A DNA stretch of 64,000 nucleotides from Azolla caroliniana (GCA_043228905.1 JBHGNT010000003.1:6634001-6698000); one strand, 5' to 3'. Positions 35,230 through 47,814 are shown, counted from the stretch's first letter. The notes: generated by a model not told the origin, from the sequence alone. Program-made: numbers and translations.

Positions 35230-37010
35230 ATCACAGTTGATGTCTTGACCTCTTTAGATCAAGGACCTCATTGACTTTGTAGATGTCTCCATCCTTCAAT
35301 TCCATCACAGAACGTCACTTAGGTTAGTGGGCCAAGAATCAAGGACTCAAAAGTAATTTTCCAAGAACATTGTGTGATTTACATCATGCATCCGAAAGAG
35401 CATGGGGAGGTTTAGTTGGAAAGTCAATGGATTAATTTACTCCAGAATACAAAAGTTGACACCTTCCTACGAGTGAAATAATTGGATGTCAGCTTCACCT
35501 TGAACAACTAACACCAACAATTGTAAAGACATATGTTTCAACCTTGTCTTCCCTAATTTAGGACCTCAATGGTTCCTCAACGTTTTCATATGCATACATG
35601 GATTTCCATGACACTATCTCTTAACTTATTTTATACCTCGAATGTTAGAGGAAGGGATCCGAAAGAAGAGAAATTTGCCTCACAAATTGAGTCTTGATAA
35701 TGTCGTAAGATGTTGTAATGAAGGGGACAACCAATTCCCTTTATATGGCCCAACACCCTAGGCTCCTAGACCCCCATGTGTTCCTGCGTATCATACATAG
35801 GTTCTTATGGGTTTTTTGTGTGTAAGTTATGTGATCATCTACCTTGTTGACATGTATGAGTGAGTTGTTGAACTTTAACTTGCGCGCACACATGCCCCAA
35901 CACATTGCCTTAGGAGTGTGTCGTTGAGCTTGTAATCTCAATGGTCGTTTGTCATATAAGTAACACAAAGGGAGTATTTTTTAGTCCCAATCTTCATCAA
36001 GCATTTGGTTAATATTACTTCTTTATGCACGTGTTAGTACTCCCATGAGTCTTAAGTCTTGAAGAGCATTAACACTTAGTTGAACTCACTCAGACAAATG
36101 AGTTGTTGAGGTAGCATCATGGCATCATCGCCCAAGTATGAAGTTATGCAATGAAAACCTAATGGAGAGTGATTATCACTTACTTCTCATATGCTCAACA
36201 AATAAGGTAATTCACGATAAATATGATGATTTGTTAGACATTGTGGTCATTTTCGTATCATACCCCAATGTTCATCAAGAAGGACGAACACATATGTGCA
36301 TGCATTATTTTCACATAGAGAGTTTTTACTACAAAATAGTAATACCTCTTCCTCGGAAGGAATCATGTACAAGATTCTATGTTATATATAGCTCCATATG
36401 TCAAATTTGGCCTATTCGTGGTTGACTGGAAGTTTATTATATTCTATTCTATTTTGTTGTGCACTTTTGATGGGATGTTAGTGCTTTTCAAATCTTGCTT
36501 CACATTGTTGAAGACATTTGTAAAGAGAGTGACACGCTAATAAATGTAGTGAAACCCAAATTTGTGATGGCTAAGACAAAGTAGTTGTAAGTTTAACCTA
36601 GTCTCACTTGCAAGATGAAAGTTATCAAATCTATGGGCTCTTTGAAGTACTTGGGCATTGATGTCCTTGTCAACCACAAGTGAGAAAGTTGGGCAAGCTA
36701 CCACGTAATTGAATGTGAATGCAAAAGTCGATATCTTAGGAGGTGGAAAACAATGATTAGACATTTCAATGTATTGGTAATCCAAATCTTTGTTATATGG
36801 TGTGGAGGCATGTGAAAGAAGCACTCCCCGTTCTAGATACAAAATATGTTTCTATAACGCTACTTTGGGGTCAAGACAACACACCATACTTGGTGATGCA
36901 CCTTGAAACAAGGTAAGGCTCATCAAATTAGCGGGTTTGATCTAATTCCAACTAGTATGTGGGTAAATAAAAAGACATGGAGGCACATCTCCTACCAATC
37001 CAAGATTTGG
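35230..37010 (-). mobile_element. highly decayed LTR-retrotransposon pol remnant (tentative)
   Basis: Minus-strand fragments loosely resemble RNase H (~36550-36800) and the integrase zinc finger (~35880-35990), with many stops and frameshifts. Boundaries are approximate. Confidence 0.35.
36070..36330 (+). mobile_element. LINE ORF2 3' end fragment
   Basis: LCNENLMESDYHLLLICSTNKVIHDKYDDLL resembles the C-terminal CCHC motif (C...ExxxHxLxxC) of LINE ORF2. Confidence 0.55.
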
Positions 37011-37205
37011 ATGCTAGCAACAAAACATAAAAGACAATAAAAGCAATATTCTCTCTTCTAGTTGGGCACGTGACATATGCAAGTTGTTTAAGAAATGGAA
37101 TGGGAAAACACTACTTCAGCTACAAACCGATGGTATGATAATGTCGCAAATGGAATCATGCCTTACTATTTGCAATCTGGAAGCAAATGGAATGATGATG
37201 CAAGT

Positions 37206-37517
37206 AATAACAACTTCCAATACTAGTAAACTCACAATAAACCCATTTTGTAGGGATGCCTACCAAGATATGATGGAATGCATCCAAGCACATATTCTCC
37301 CACCACGTCATTTGATGCAAGAGAAATCACTATCCTCTACGATTGTAGTCAACAGATTGATTAAGCAAAGAATAACAATTTCCAATACTACCAAACTTAC
37401 AATAAACCCATTTTGTTGAGATGCCTACCAAAATATGATGGAATGCATCCAAGCACATATTCTCCCACCATATCATTTGACATGAGAGAAATCACTATCC
37501 TCTACAATTGTAAGTCA
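37206..37517. repeat. tandem duplication of ~165 bp
   Basis: AATAACAA.TTCCAATACTA..AAACT.ACAATAAACCCATTTTGT...GAGAAATCACTATCCTCTAC.ATTGTA occurs at 37206 and 37371. Confidence 0.9.
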
Positions 37518-38568
37518 TCATCTTGAAATCAAGAATGGAGCTTAACGAAGACATGCTCGCGCAAAACCTCATGTCTTCCCTAATAGGAAGATCAAGGATG
37601 ACGAGCATCGCACAATATGAGTTAAAGCATTGATCTCCCACCATAACTTACTTATCATGTGCGCCAACCTCGCACAACTTGTCCAAGTTCAAAACACCAA
37701 CACATGCTCTCTCAGGCACACATGCATACTCCTCGCCCGAGCATAACAATAATCATAGAAACATACACACTCTCGGGCACCGATTGTGCCTCACACGCAT
37801 TTAGCCAAACGACTTACAAAGGGGCTATACACAAACACGTCACTTTTCCCTGCGAGCTTGAAATGCACGCCTTCCCCAAAATTGGAACCACCTAACGAGT
37901 ATTTTAAACAGCAAAGCATGATGATTTGGCATGTTCACCAAACAGGTTCTTCATGCATGCATGAAGGCCTTCATGATGATGAAAACCGCATCTCGCCACA
38001 CTGACATGCTAGCTCAGGGAAAGATTTCTAGCCCCCACGCACATTTACTAACTCAACAAGGCCAAGAACAATAGGGGGGTTTCCAAGATGGGGGTTTGTC
38101 CGGTTGCTGGGATTGGCTCTCTGTTTGGGTTCCGAGAGTTTTCACACTTAAGGGTGTTTCGGGCCCGGGGGGACACGATTAAATAGAAACACGGGACGCA
38201 CAATACCATATTGTCGTGTCCTTTGGGCATGGGCATGAATCATGACCATGGAATGCTATTCCCTTCATATATGAGTTTAGAGAAAAATGACAAAGAAATG
38301 AACAGAAAAATACTCCTCTATCTATCTATCTATCTATCTATCTCCATATAACTAAAATTAGAACTAAAAAAAGGAAAAACCAGAGAAACACAAAGTGGAA
38401 CCAGAGAAATAACAAAGAGAGCCATGGAATCATCAGCAATGATAATTGCATCGAGTTTTTAGTATGTTTCTTTCCTTTTCTTTTAATCTGAGCAGAGCAC
38501 CGACTTGAATCAAAAAAAAGGAAGAGAAGAACGGGAAATTGGAAGAGGAGGAGCTTGCACTTGCAGCC

Positions 38569-41104
38569 ATGGAAAATGTGGAAGAAGAGTTTTCTGATGC
38601 AGAAGAGGGCTTTGAACGTAGGCTTTTTGATAAGTCCCATCTAGCCCTTCATCTTGCTTTGTCTCTTGTCTTCCTGAAGCGATCGAAACACCGTAGATTC
38701 CTTCCTTCTGCTGTTGGATTGCCTCCTCTCTTCATCAAATCTCGAGAAAAATCTTCATCGTCATCATTATTGAAGAGGAAGGCGAAGAATCGATCTTCGT
38801 TCATCACCGATGCTGTGAATCCTTCAGGTATGGAAGAAATCCCTTCTTTGATTCAAGGTAGCAGTTCTCTGAGAAGAAGAATTAGGGCAAGGTCTGTGAG
38901 TGATCCCTCAGAAAGCCATACCATAAAAGCCGATTCCTCTTCTTTGAATGGAAATGATTTTGATTTTGAAGACGGGTCTTTGCCATATCCAAGAAGATCA
39001 CGTGTACTAACAAATCTGAAGAATTTGGATGAAAATAATGAAGAAACCATTGATAGATTTATCGCATTCTCCAGTGAAGATCCTAATGAATTATGGGTTG
39101 ATGATATTGGAGAATTTTCTGATGAAAGCAATGTTTCATCACTAAGCTCTGTGAATAGGGACCCTCATCTTCTTCATCATCCAAGGAGGCCTTATTTGTC
39201 TTTTATTGAAGAAGAAATTGAATCTCAAAAGGGTTCGATAGATGAGAATGAATGTCAAAGCAATAATCATGCAAGAAGGCATTATGTGGCTTTAAGCAAC
39301 AAAGAAACTGAATCTAATAAGGATCATATAGATGAGAATGAATATCAAAGGAATGAACATCTTCCAAGGAGACATCATATGTCTTTTAGCAACGAAGAAA
39401 GTGAATTTAAGAAGCAAGATCATATAGAAAGGAATGATATTCAAAGGAATGTACATACTCCAAGGAGACATTATACGATGTCTCAAAGCGATGAAGATAG
39501 TGGATCTCGAAAGGGATTTGTAGAGGATGAATATACTGCCAAAAACTTATTACTTGAGAATGAATCTGAATTAGAAGTAGAAGGTAAGGAAATGGTTGAA
39601 TCAGAAGGATTTAAAGATGGAGCCACATACCGAATCTCTCAAGATGATATGTCAAATAGTCTTCTTTTATGGCCAGTCGGGTTAGCTGTAAGAACAATTG
39701 GATTCCAAATCCGATTAATCATACAAGTCATCTTGTTAATTGGGTCAATATTCAATTGGTGCAATTCATTTGCATCAAAACGAGTTCAGGAGACGATTGA
39801 AGCCAAAGAGAGAGCGAAAAAAGCTTTGAATCAGAAAGTATCAATGATAGTCAGGGTTCCACCAAAGGTTGCAGAGAACGGAAGCATACTGTTAAAAAAA
39901 GCAGGATGGGGCTGTTTAGCAGCAACATATGTATGTATTCTGTTGAGCATGCTCTTGTTTCCAGCACTTGTCTTGGATTATGTCTTTTTGAATAGGGTTG
40001 TGGAGGAACCAATCAGTATTAGAGAACCTTTGCACTTTGATTATACTCTCAATAACCCTGCTGCATATGTTTCTTTGGCTACTTCACAAACCTCTCAGAT
40101 CTCTAGTAATGGAAAGTCAGTGGTTCTGCATCCTCAATATTTTAGGGCAATTCCAACTTCTCATAAGGTTCATATCACTGTCATTCTCACTTTGCCAGAA
40201 TCGGATTATAATCGGAATCTCGGGATGTTTCAGGTACATTTTGTTTTAGTGTCTTTATGTATTTCTTTTCAATTTTATATCTATTTATTTGTAGATGGTT
40301 TGGAAATTGAATATCTTTATGTGCAATAAAAATATAAATTTCATGTGATTTTCAGCTATGAAAATTAGAGCTCGTTTGATTTTCATTTTGGTTTTATTTT
40401 TGTGATTCCATTTTGTTTTCGGTTTTATATTTCAGTTAAAAAAGATGTTTTTCTTTTTGCAGTTAACTGCCGAGCTTCTGTCAGAAAGTGGTGAATGCAT
40501 CAAATCATTGAGCAGGCCATGCATGCTAAGGTTTCACAGCGAGCCGATTCGATGGCTGAAAACTCTCTTATTAGGCCTACCATCATTAGTGGGGATTGGG
40601 AGTGAATCACAGACACACACGATCAAATTGACCGAGTTTGGGCACCAACATATACCGATTGCTGCTGTGAAGATACTTTTACAATCCAAAGCTGGAATGC
40701 CATTGGGCCATGGGATCCCCGAGATCTACTTTGCAAATGTCCATATAGAATCGAAACTCCCTTGGTTGAAGAATCTCGTTCGGAGTTGGAAATGGACATT
40801 CTATATATGGATGGGTTTGATGCTTTACATTATTGAAGTTGTCATGGTCCTATGTTGTTGTCGACGTGCCCTTGTGCCCAAAAGCTGGGTCGGGAGCACA
40901 CCTAGGACCGCATCCGAGTCTGAAACCGAAGATGGACAGGGTGGCATGTCATCATCGGAGGCTGGTGAAGTAAGATTCTTGCCCAATAGGCAATTCCGAA
41001 GCCGGCATGTTCTCTTAGATGATGAGATGCCCATTGCTAGTGTGAAATCGAATGATCTAGCAGCACGCAAATTAAAGAAGAAGGGTCAACAGCAAGATAG
41101 ATAA
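38569..41104 (+). CDS. SEIPIN: seipin (SEIPIN2/3-like, long N-terminal extension), ~768 aa, 2 exons
   Basis: Exons 38569-40233 and 40463-41104 (phase 0, GT-AG). Seipin motifs LHFDY, LTLPESDYNRNLGMFQ, PCMLRFHSEPIR, IPEIY, plus two TM segments. ATG in gccATGG context. Confidence 0.93.
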
Positions 41105-42530
41105 TGTTTTCTATGGATCCCTCTTCTATTTGAAGAGGATAAGAGTGAACCTGGCTGAAAGAAAAACACAAAACATCTATATATTAGAACCGTCCGTGAC
41201 CTCTCGCAATTCAGCTTTTGCTCAAAACTTTAGATTGGTTTGTATAAATTGTGAATCACATTGCCTTGCCTTGGGGATTTCTCGAGGGATGGGCAACAAA
41301 ATCGTGTTGATGAATAAAAATCTGCCACGAGACGGTTTTCTAATTATATTTAGCTTTTCGTGCAAAAGATGAGATGCATAAGTAACAGCCTTGTTATCCA
41401 ACCCATACTTCTAACCCTTTGTGAAAAATGCTTAACCAGGTGTATTTTCCCCTTCTTTATTTATTTTTCTTAATCAGAGTCTGGATTTGTGGACACTAGG
41501 GAAAGTTCCTTGTTGGGTTTTGCTATAGATCGCCTTTGAACAAATGGTTGCAAGGTAAGCGCAAAGTGTACATTGGAGTTGTTACTGCACCAAATAATGT
41601 ATATATAAATGTGTTCAACACAATTTTTTGTAACTAGATTATTAGAACTTTGGGTCAATTCTTTTGTGACTTCTTTTCATGTTCTTTTTACACCAAATAA
41701 ACGCTACAAGTTTGCCGTGGATATAATAAGGGATAATTAGGATGATTAAGCTTGAAATCATTGATAGCTTTCTTTATTCCATGTGTGTAAGTTATGCATG
41801 TACATCTCATAAAACTTAGTTTGGTGAAGATAACTTAACTCTTCCACCTTGGAGTTCTTTGTGTAGACATGTGGTAAGATAGTAGAAATTCAATGTTGAA
41901 AATAACAACAGCGTAGGATACTACGTTCATGGTCATCGCGTAAATTGTGTCCATAGTAAAAAAATGTTAAGTAGTGGTAATTAGTTTCTTTCTCACACGA
42001 AATGGGTGCAAAAATACAAAAATGATGAGTCAATGGTCCCCACATGATTTGTGCAAAGGTAGTAAAAACCTCTGAGTAGGTTGTATCACATGGAAACGAC
42101 ACAAAATGGATTTGACATTTTATTGTGCATGTGACATGCAAACGCACCTCTCCAATCCTCTAAAATGAGTGAGGTGCCCACTATATGTAAATTAAATCTC
42201 AATAAGTAATGGCTAATATGTAATAGTGGTGGTGAAAAGCATCAAGTCCTCTGTTGAATAAGATGTGGTTGCTTCCTCAAAAACAAGCGCACCTAGAGAC
42301 TAAGTGGGAAAGGAAGAAGCAAAGATACAAGTAGCCACTCTTAAGAAAAGTGGCCTTTGTTCGTGTTCAAGGGACAACACAATCTCGAGAAAACAAAAGA
42401 AACAATAGGAATTCATGTTATAATATATACATGTTTTGGTTTCTTGCCCTATCCTTTTGGTCATTATATGACCAATGGATTCGTAGCTTACCATATTATA
42501 TGTTGGTCTAATGTTCCAGTTGCTTTGTCT

Positions 42531-42926
42531 AGTGCATCACATGGATTGGATTGAATGTCGTTGGAAACATAAAATACCAAGCATGATGAATAAGGTTTCT
42601 CCAAGGTTCATTTATTAGGCAAACGGCAAGTGCATCACGTGGATTGGATTGAATGCCATTGAAAACATAAAATACCAAGCATGGTGAATGAATTTTCTCC
42701 GATGTTCTTTTACCAGGCAAATGGCAAGTGCATCGCATGGATTGGATCGAATGTCATTGAAAACATAAAATACCAAGCATGATGAATGAGTTTTCTCAAA
42801 GGTTCTTTTTCCAGGCAAATGGCAAGTGCATCGCATGGATTGGATCGAATGTCATTGAAAACATAAAATACCAAGCATGATGAATGAGTTTTCTCTGAGG
42901 CTCTTTTACCAGGCAAATGGCAAGTG
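42531..42926. repeat. four tandem 98-bp units
   Basis: AGTGCATCRCATGGATTGGAT.GAATGTCATTGAAAACATAAAATACCAAGCATG... starts at 42531, 42629, 42727 and 42825. Confidence 0.95.
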
Positions 42927-43172
42927 TATTGTTAACACTATTGTTTGTTGTATGGAGTCTATTCTAGTGACATTCAGTCAAATTTACGTTCAATCGTCTG
43001 GCAGTGGACATGTGAATTCTTCGGTGAAGACACATTAGGCACAAGAAACCCATCAACATAATTTAGCCTAAATATAGGTATATAAACAGAAAAAGGCATT
43101 TTTCTGAGGAGAATCAGGGGATGATTCCTTGTAAGATTTATTTCCATGGAGCATTCCTGTTATGCTGTTTAA

Positions 43173-45758
43173 AGGAAGCAGGGGACCAGCAGCAGACCAG
43201 AGGAGATTGGAGAAACATCCAAGGGTTCCAGATGGCTACAGAAGGCTCTGGAAACCCTAGAAATCGCCCATTACAGGCAACAGGGCTCTCTCGTATCCAA
43301 GGGTGCTCTATACTCTGTTCTCCAAGGATGCATAAAGCACAAAAACCTCCTCCTTGGCAGAAGAGCTTATCTCTTATCAATAAGCTCCGGTATACCCTCT
43401 CTTCCCCTCCTGGAAGACCTTTTCATCAGGGTTTTCTCAATATGCGGGAGCTTTCAGGAAGCAAAACAGGTGTTTTTCAGGTCTCATAACCCTAATTTGT
43501 ATGCATGGCATGCCATCGTATCAGCTCACATTATGCACGGTGATGATCATGGTGCTCTCGTGCTATGTGGGTGGATGTTAGATCTAGAGATAGAGCCAGA
43601 TAGGGTCATGTTGATGACAATGATGAAGGCATGTAGCAACATAGGATGTATAGACATGTGCAGAATTGTCCACAATATCATCATTAGAAGAGATATCGGG
43701 TCCAAAAACACCATCGGAAGTTGCCTCATTGATATGTATGCGAAATGTGGTAGCTTGGCTGAAGCCCAAAGGGTGTTCGACAGGTTGCCCAGTGTCAAGA
43801 ATGTGGTCGTATGGGGGTCGTTGATTGCCTCCTATGTTAATGTTGGGCTTGGAAAGATTGCCCTCAACCACTTCAAAGAAATGACATCAGTTGGGATATG
43901 TCCTGACAAATTCATACTCTCAAGTGTTGCAAAAGCTTGTGGGATCATGGAGTCCTCTTGGAAAGGAAATATGGTTCATTGTCATGTCATAGAAAGTAGG
44001 TTGGAATCTGATGTTATTGTTGGGACGTCTTTGATAGATATGTATGGTAAATGTAAAAGCATGCAAGATGCCTGTTGTGTGTTCAACAATTTACTGAACA
44101 AGAATGTCACTTCATGGAATGCATTGATTGCCGCATACATAGGTCATGGATATGGTCTCGAAGCACTTCAGCTTTTTGAGAAAATGGAATGCAGTTGTAT
44201 TAAAGCAAACAAAATCACATTCCTGAATGTCATGAAGGCAAGTGGCTCTATAATGGCCTTCATTGAGGGTCAATTAGTACATGATCGAGTAATAAAAAAC
44301 GGTTTGGAATCAGTTACAGAGCTTCAGAACGCTTTAGTGGATATGTACGCCAAATGTGGAAGTCTGCATGACATGTATAGGATATTCAATCACATGTCAA
44401 TGACTGACACGACATCGTGGAACATGTTGATTGCGGGAAATCTTCATGCTGGCCATGATTTTGCGGCTCTTTCTGTTTTCCAAGTGATGGAAGAAAAGGG
44501 TATAGAGAAGAACGAGTTCACGTTGTCTTGTGCCTTGAAAGCCTGCAGCCAAAGTATAAGTACAATTGAGGTAGGGAGAATTATACACAACCAAGTCATT
44601 TGCTCCGGGCTTCAATTCGATGTAGTTACTGAGAGCTCTCTAGTTCTCATGTATGCCAAATTTGGAAATCTACAAGAGGCTCATCAAATCCTCAAAAATA
44701 TGGTATTTATCGATGTGATTGCTTGGAATGGGCTTATATCAGGATATGTTTACCATGACCAGAGTATAGAAGCTCTTCAGTTAATGGAGGAAATGCAAAA
44801 GAATGGTGTAAGTCCGAACGTTGTGACATTTGCAAGCATTTTGAAAGCATGTACAAGAATGGATTCTGCATTATATGGGAGATTTATGCACGATGAATCA
44901 GTTAGGTGCTCATTTGAGACCAATGAGGTTGTCATCAACAGCCTTATCGACATGTATGCCAATTTTGGATGCTTAAAGGAGGCTCTGGATTTATTCCATA
45001 GACTCCATAGACCCAACTTGATAACATGGAATGCGATGATTAATGGGTGTGTCCAACATGATGAAGGTCTCATAGCTCTTGAGCTGTTTGAGAGAATGCA
45101 TATAGAGGGGATATACGCAGACTATGTAACATATGTGTGTGTCCTACAAGCGTGCACTAGCATTGGGTCAGTAGCTCTAGGCAGGATGATCCATGATCAT
45201 ATTCTTCGGGATGGGCTTGAGACTTCTACTAGCGTAGGAACCGCCCTTGTGGACATGTATGCAAGTTGTGGAAGCCTCAAAGAGGCTCATATTTTGCTTG
45301 ATATGTTACCCACTCGAGATGTGGTGTCGTGGAGTGCATTAATTGGTGGATATGCTTACTCTGGTCATTATAATCATGTTGTTGGATGCCTTAAAGACAT
45401 GGTGCAGGACGGCATAGAACCAGATGGTCCGATGTATTATAGTATTCTAGTGGCATGTTGTCACTCGGGGCAAGTAGAAGAAGGCTATCGGCATTTCAAG
45501 TGTATGACAGATAAGTATGGGTTAATACCTACTCTCGATCACTTCCATTGCATCACAAGCCTGCTCAGCAGTGCAGGGCAGTTAGATGAGTGCAAAAAGC
45601 TGCTTGAAACCATGCCCAATGCAGCTGAGATGTGTGGCTGGGTTTCTTTGCTCAATGCATGCAAGACACACAAGAGTTTTGAGGTAGGGAGAGAATGTTT
45701 CGCCCAAATCCTCATCAAATCTCCTAGTGCCCTCGAATATTGCCACACTTTTTCTTGA
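43173..45758 (+). CDS. PLS-class PPR protein with E domain, no DYW; start unresolved (possibly pseudogene)
   Basis: The frame is open 43173-45758, and PPR-like sequence is already present upstream of the track's 43470 (LYSVLQGCIKHKNLLLGRR...ICGSFQEAKQVF). An in-frame ATG at 43146 is followed by TAA at 43170; the next in-frame ATG is at 43533. It ends HFHCITSLLSSAG...WVSLLNACKTH. Confidence 0.88.
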   Translation, partial: RKQGTSSRPEEIGETSKGSRWLQKALETLEIAHYRQQGSLVSKGALYSVLQGCIKHKNLLLGRRAYLLSISSGIPSLPLLEDLFIRVFSICGSFQEAKQVFFRSHNPNLYAWHAIVSAHIMHGDDHGALVLCGWMLDLEIEPDRVMLMTMMKACSNIGCIDMCRIVHNIIIRRDIGSKNTIGSCLIDMYAKCGSLAEAQRVFDRLPSVKNVVVWGSLIASYVNVGLGKIALNHFKEMTSVGICPDKFILSSVAKACGIMESSWKGNMVHCHVIESRLESDVIVGTSLIDMYGKCKSMQDACCVFNNLLNKNVTSWNALIAAYIGHGYGLEALQLFEKMECSCIKANKITFLNVMKASGSIMAFIEGQLVHDRVIKNGLESVTELQNALVDMYAKCGSLHDMYRIFNHMSMTDTTSWNMLIAGNLHAGHDFAALSVFQVMEEKGIEKNEFTLSCALKACSQSISTIEVGRIIHNQVICSGLQFDVVTESSLVLMYAKFGNLQEAHQILKNMVFIDVIAWNGLISGYVYHDQSIEALQLMEEMQKNGVSPNVVTFASILKACTRMDSALYGRFMHDESVRCSFETNEVVINSLIDMYANFGCLKEALDLFHRLHRPNLITWNAMINGCVQHDEGLIALELFERMHIEGIYADYVTYVCVLQACTSIGSVALGRMIHDHILRDGLETSTSVGTALVDMYASCGSLKEAHILLDMLPTRDVVSWSALIGGYAYSGHYNHVVGCLKDMVQDGIEPDGPMYYSILVACCHSGQVEEGYRHFKCMTDKYGLIPTLDHFHCITSLLSSAGQLDECKKLLETMPNAAEMCGWVSLLNACKTHKSFEVGRECFAQILIKSPSALEYCHTFS

Positions 45759-46666
45759 TGCTTTGAAGGTATAATTCCATTGATCCCTCTAAGAAAATCA
45801 TTATACATTCACAGTTACAAAACGTTGCCCTAATTTATTAGTTTTAGGGTTCACTGTCCTTTCTGAAATTGCCAAAAATGTACAATATGGCATTGATTCA
45901 TTGAATATATCCTCTTATATTATTGTTAAGTTAACCTTAACAACAATGATTCTGAACACTAGGTGAACCCTTGCTAGACATCTAGGCAAAAAATATCAAA
46001 TGTAACTCTCTTACATTCAATTTAAACAAGGTATTACTACAATTATATTTGAGGAAAATGTAAAGACAGTGATGGTGAAGATTTGAATGCATGATTAGGG
46101 GAAGTGTAATAAGTCGTAAGATGAGAGTAAGAATTGGTAACTACCATGTTTAACTAAAGTCTAAGACCCATTAAAAAAAAAACTTATGGGAATTGCCATC
46201 ATGGCTATTATCATGAAAGCTCTATAAATATAGGTGATGTATATGGCTTTCAGAATTTTTGATAAAAAAAACTATATGATCTCATTAGCAGGGAGTGCTA
46301 CAAAAACATGTATTCAAAGGCTTAACAAAAAGTCATGCACTATCTCGTATGAAGTTGCCAACTTGAAAAATGGTACACAAAGCCTTTTACGCCCTTGTCC
46401 CATATTGTCATCTTCATCATCGTTTGGATGACACTTATCGTCTTTAGTATTTTCACACAATCAATGCTCGTTTGGATAATCCTAGTCTGAGTGATGGCAA
46501 GATCAATACTTGTGGGAAGTTGTAGATTTCCAACCCTCATAAAAACTCTATATTAATGACATTTGTCCTCACGTCATATGCATTTGACACCTTGTGTGGT
46601 TGGAAATTAACCAACAATGGCGATCTACACTCGGCAACGGGATTCCAAGCAGACAAACTATGGACT

Positions 46667-46900
46667 CTATGCATATACCAAGACTTTGATGAACTTATGC
46701 CCTAGGCATATACCAAGACTCTGACAAACATAATACCCTATGCATATACCAAGACTTTGATGAACTTATGCCCTAGGCATATACCAAGACTCTGACAAAC
46801 GTAATACCCTATGCATATACCAAGACTTTGACAAACTATACCCTATGTATACATATACCAAAAGACTTTGACGAACTCATACCCAATGCATATATACCAA
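46667..46900. repeat. 35/36-bp minisatellite, ~6.5 units
   Basis: Core GCATATACCAAGACT.TGA. A and B variants alternate (71-bp dimer). Confidence 0.92.
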
Positions 46901-47096
46901 CAAAAGTGTGATACCATATGTTCCAAGGCCTAGAGTGGATTTCTACATGTGAAAAGGTGGTATTGAGTGCTAAGCAGATGTTACCCGAGGCTAAGGAGCC
47001 CTATTCCCAACCCATGGAGCTAGTAGTATCAGGCGAACCAAGAGACACTTCATATGTACATATTTTGGTTGGAAAACAAAGCATGAAACACGTAAA

Positions 47097-47533
47097 AAGG
47101 TTGGGTTTGAACTAAACCGTGAAACCGCAACTTAATGGTTTAAATAGTTCGGTTCGGTTTGAGCCTTTATTAGTTTAATAGTTGATGGTTTAGGATTGAC
47201 ACTCGATAATTCCCTTAAAATTTCTTTTAAACATTTTAAGCCTAATTTCGATATTTTAAGAAAAATCTTTAAATTTTGAAATATTGAAAGTTTGTAAATT
47301 TTGAAAATAAAAATGTGAACTTTTTGAATTTTGACCTAACTTGAAAACCAAAACCGAAGCGCGGTTTTAATGGTTTAAAGGTTTGAAAATCTCTAAAAAC
47401 TATTTGGTTTGAGCTTGAATTTTTAGTAACGGTTTGGTTTTAAAACGGTTTTGTGGTTTGTTTTAAGTTTCAAACTTTTTTAACGGTTTGAGTTCGACAG
47501 TCTCGAACCAAACCAAACCGTTGCCGATTGCTA
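47097..47533. mobile_element. hAT-like MITE fragment (one TIR)
   Basis: Dense AAACCG/CGGTTT motifs. Right end GTTGCCGATTGCTA is the reverse complement of TAGCAATCGGCAAC, similar to the TIR at 22643. Confidence 0.55.
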
Positions 47534-47814
47534 GACACAATATGTGTATGTATGTATGTTGTCGTGTGTGTGTGTGTGTGTGTTGGCCGTGTCCTCTCGG
47601 GTTTTCACCCACCCCCATCGACCCCTTGGGTTTTACGTGTTTTTGGGATGTTACTTGTCCGCCCTAGTCTGAAACCGGACAAACTCTTGGGTCCCTCCCC
47701 CCCCCCCCTCCTCTTCTTCCCGCCATTCTTATTCCTCTAATTTCAAAAATATGAAGAAAAACACACAGTCGCCATCGCCATCGCCATCGCCATAGCTATC
47801 TCCACAGTCACTCA

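Noticed and set aside
38539-38568. Track start of seipin at 38539 and read-through ends of ORFs at 40329, 51032 and 59382
   Set aside because: A non-ATG start and intron read-through. The spliced models restore conserved motifs.
7454-43172. Idea that the TAG/TAA stops in copia and both PPR genes are repaired by U-to-C editing
   Set aside because: U-to-C editing in ferns and hornworts is established for organellar, not nuclear, transcripts. Ordinary mutation or splicing explains the stops more simply.
33530-46900. CRISPR-like appearance of the 62-, 98- and 35-bp arrays
   Set aside because: Units are contiguous with no unique spacers, there are no cas genes, and the context is eukaryotic.
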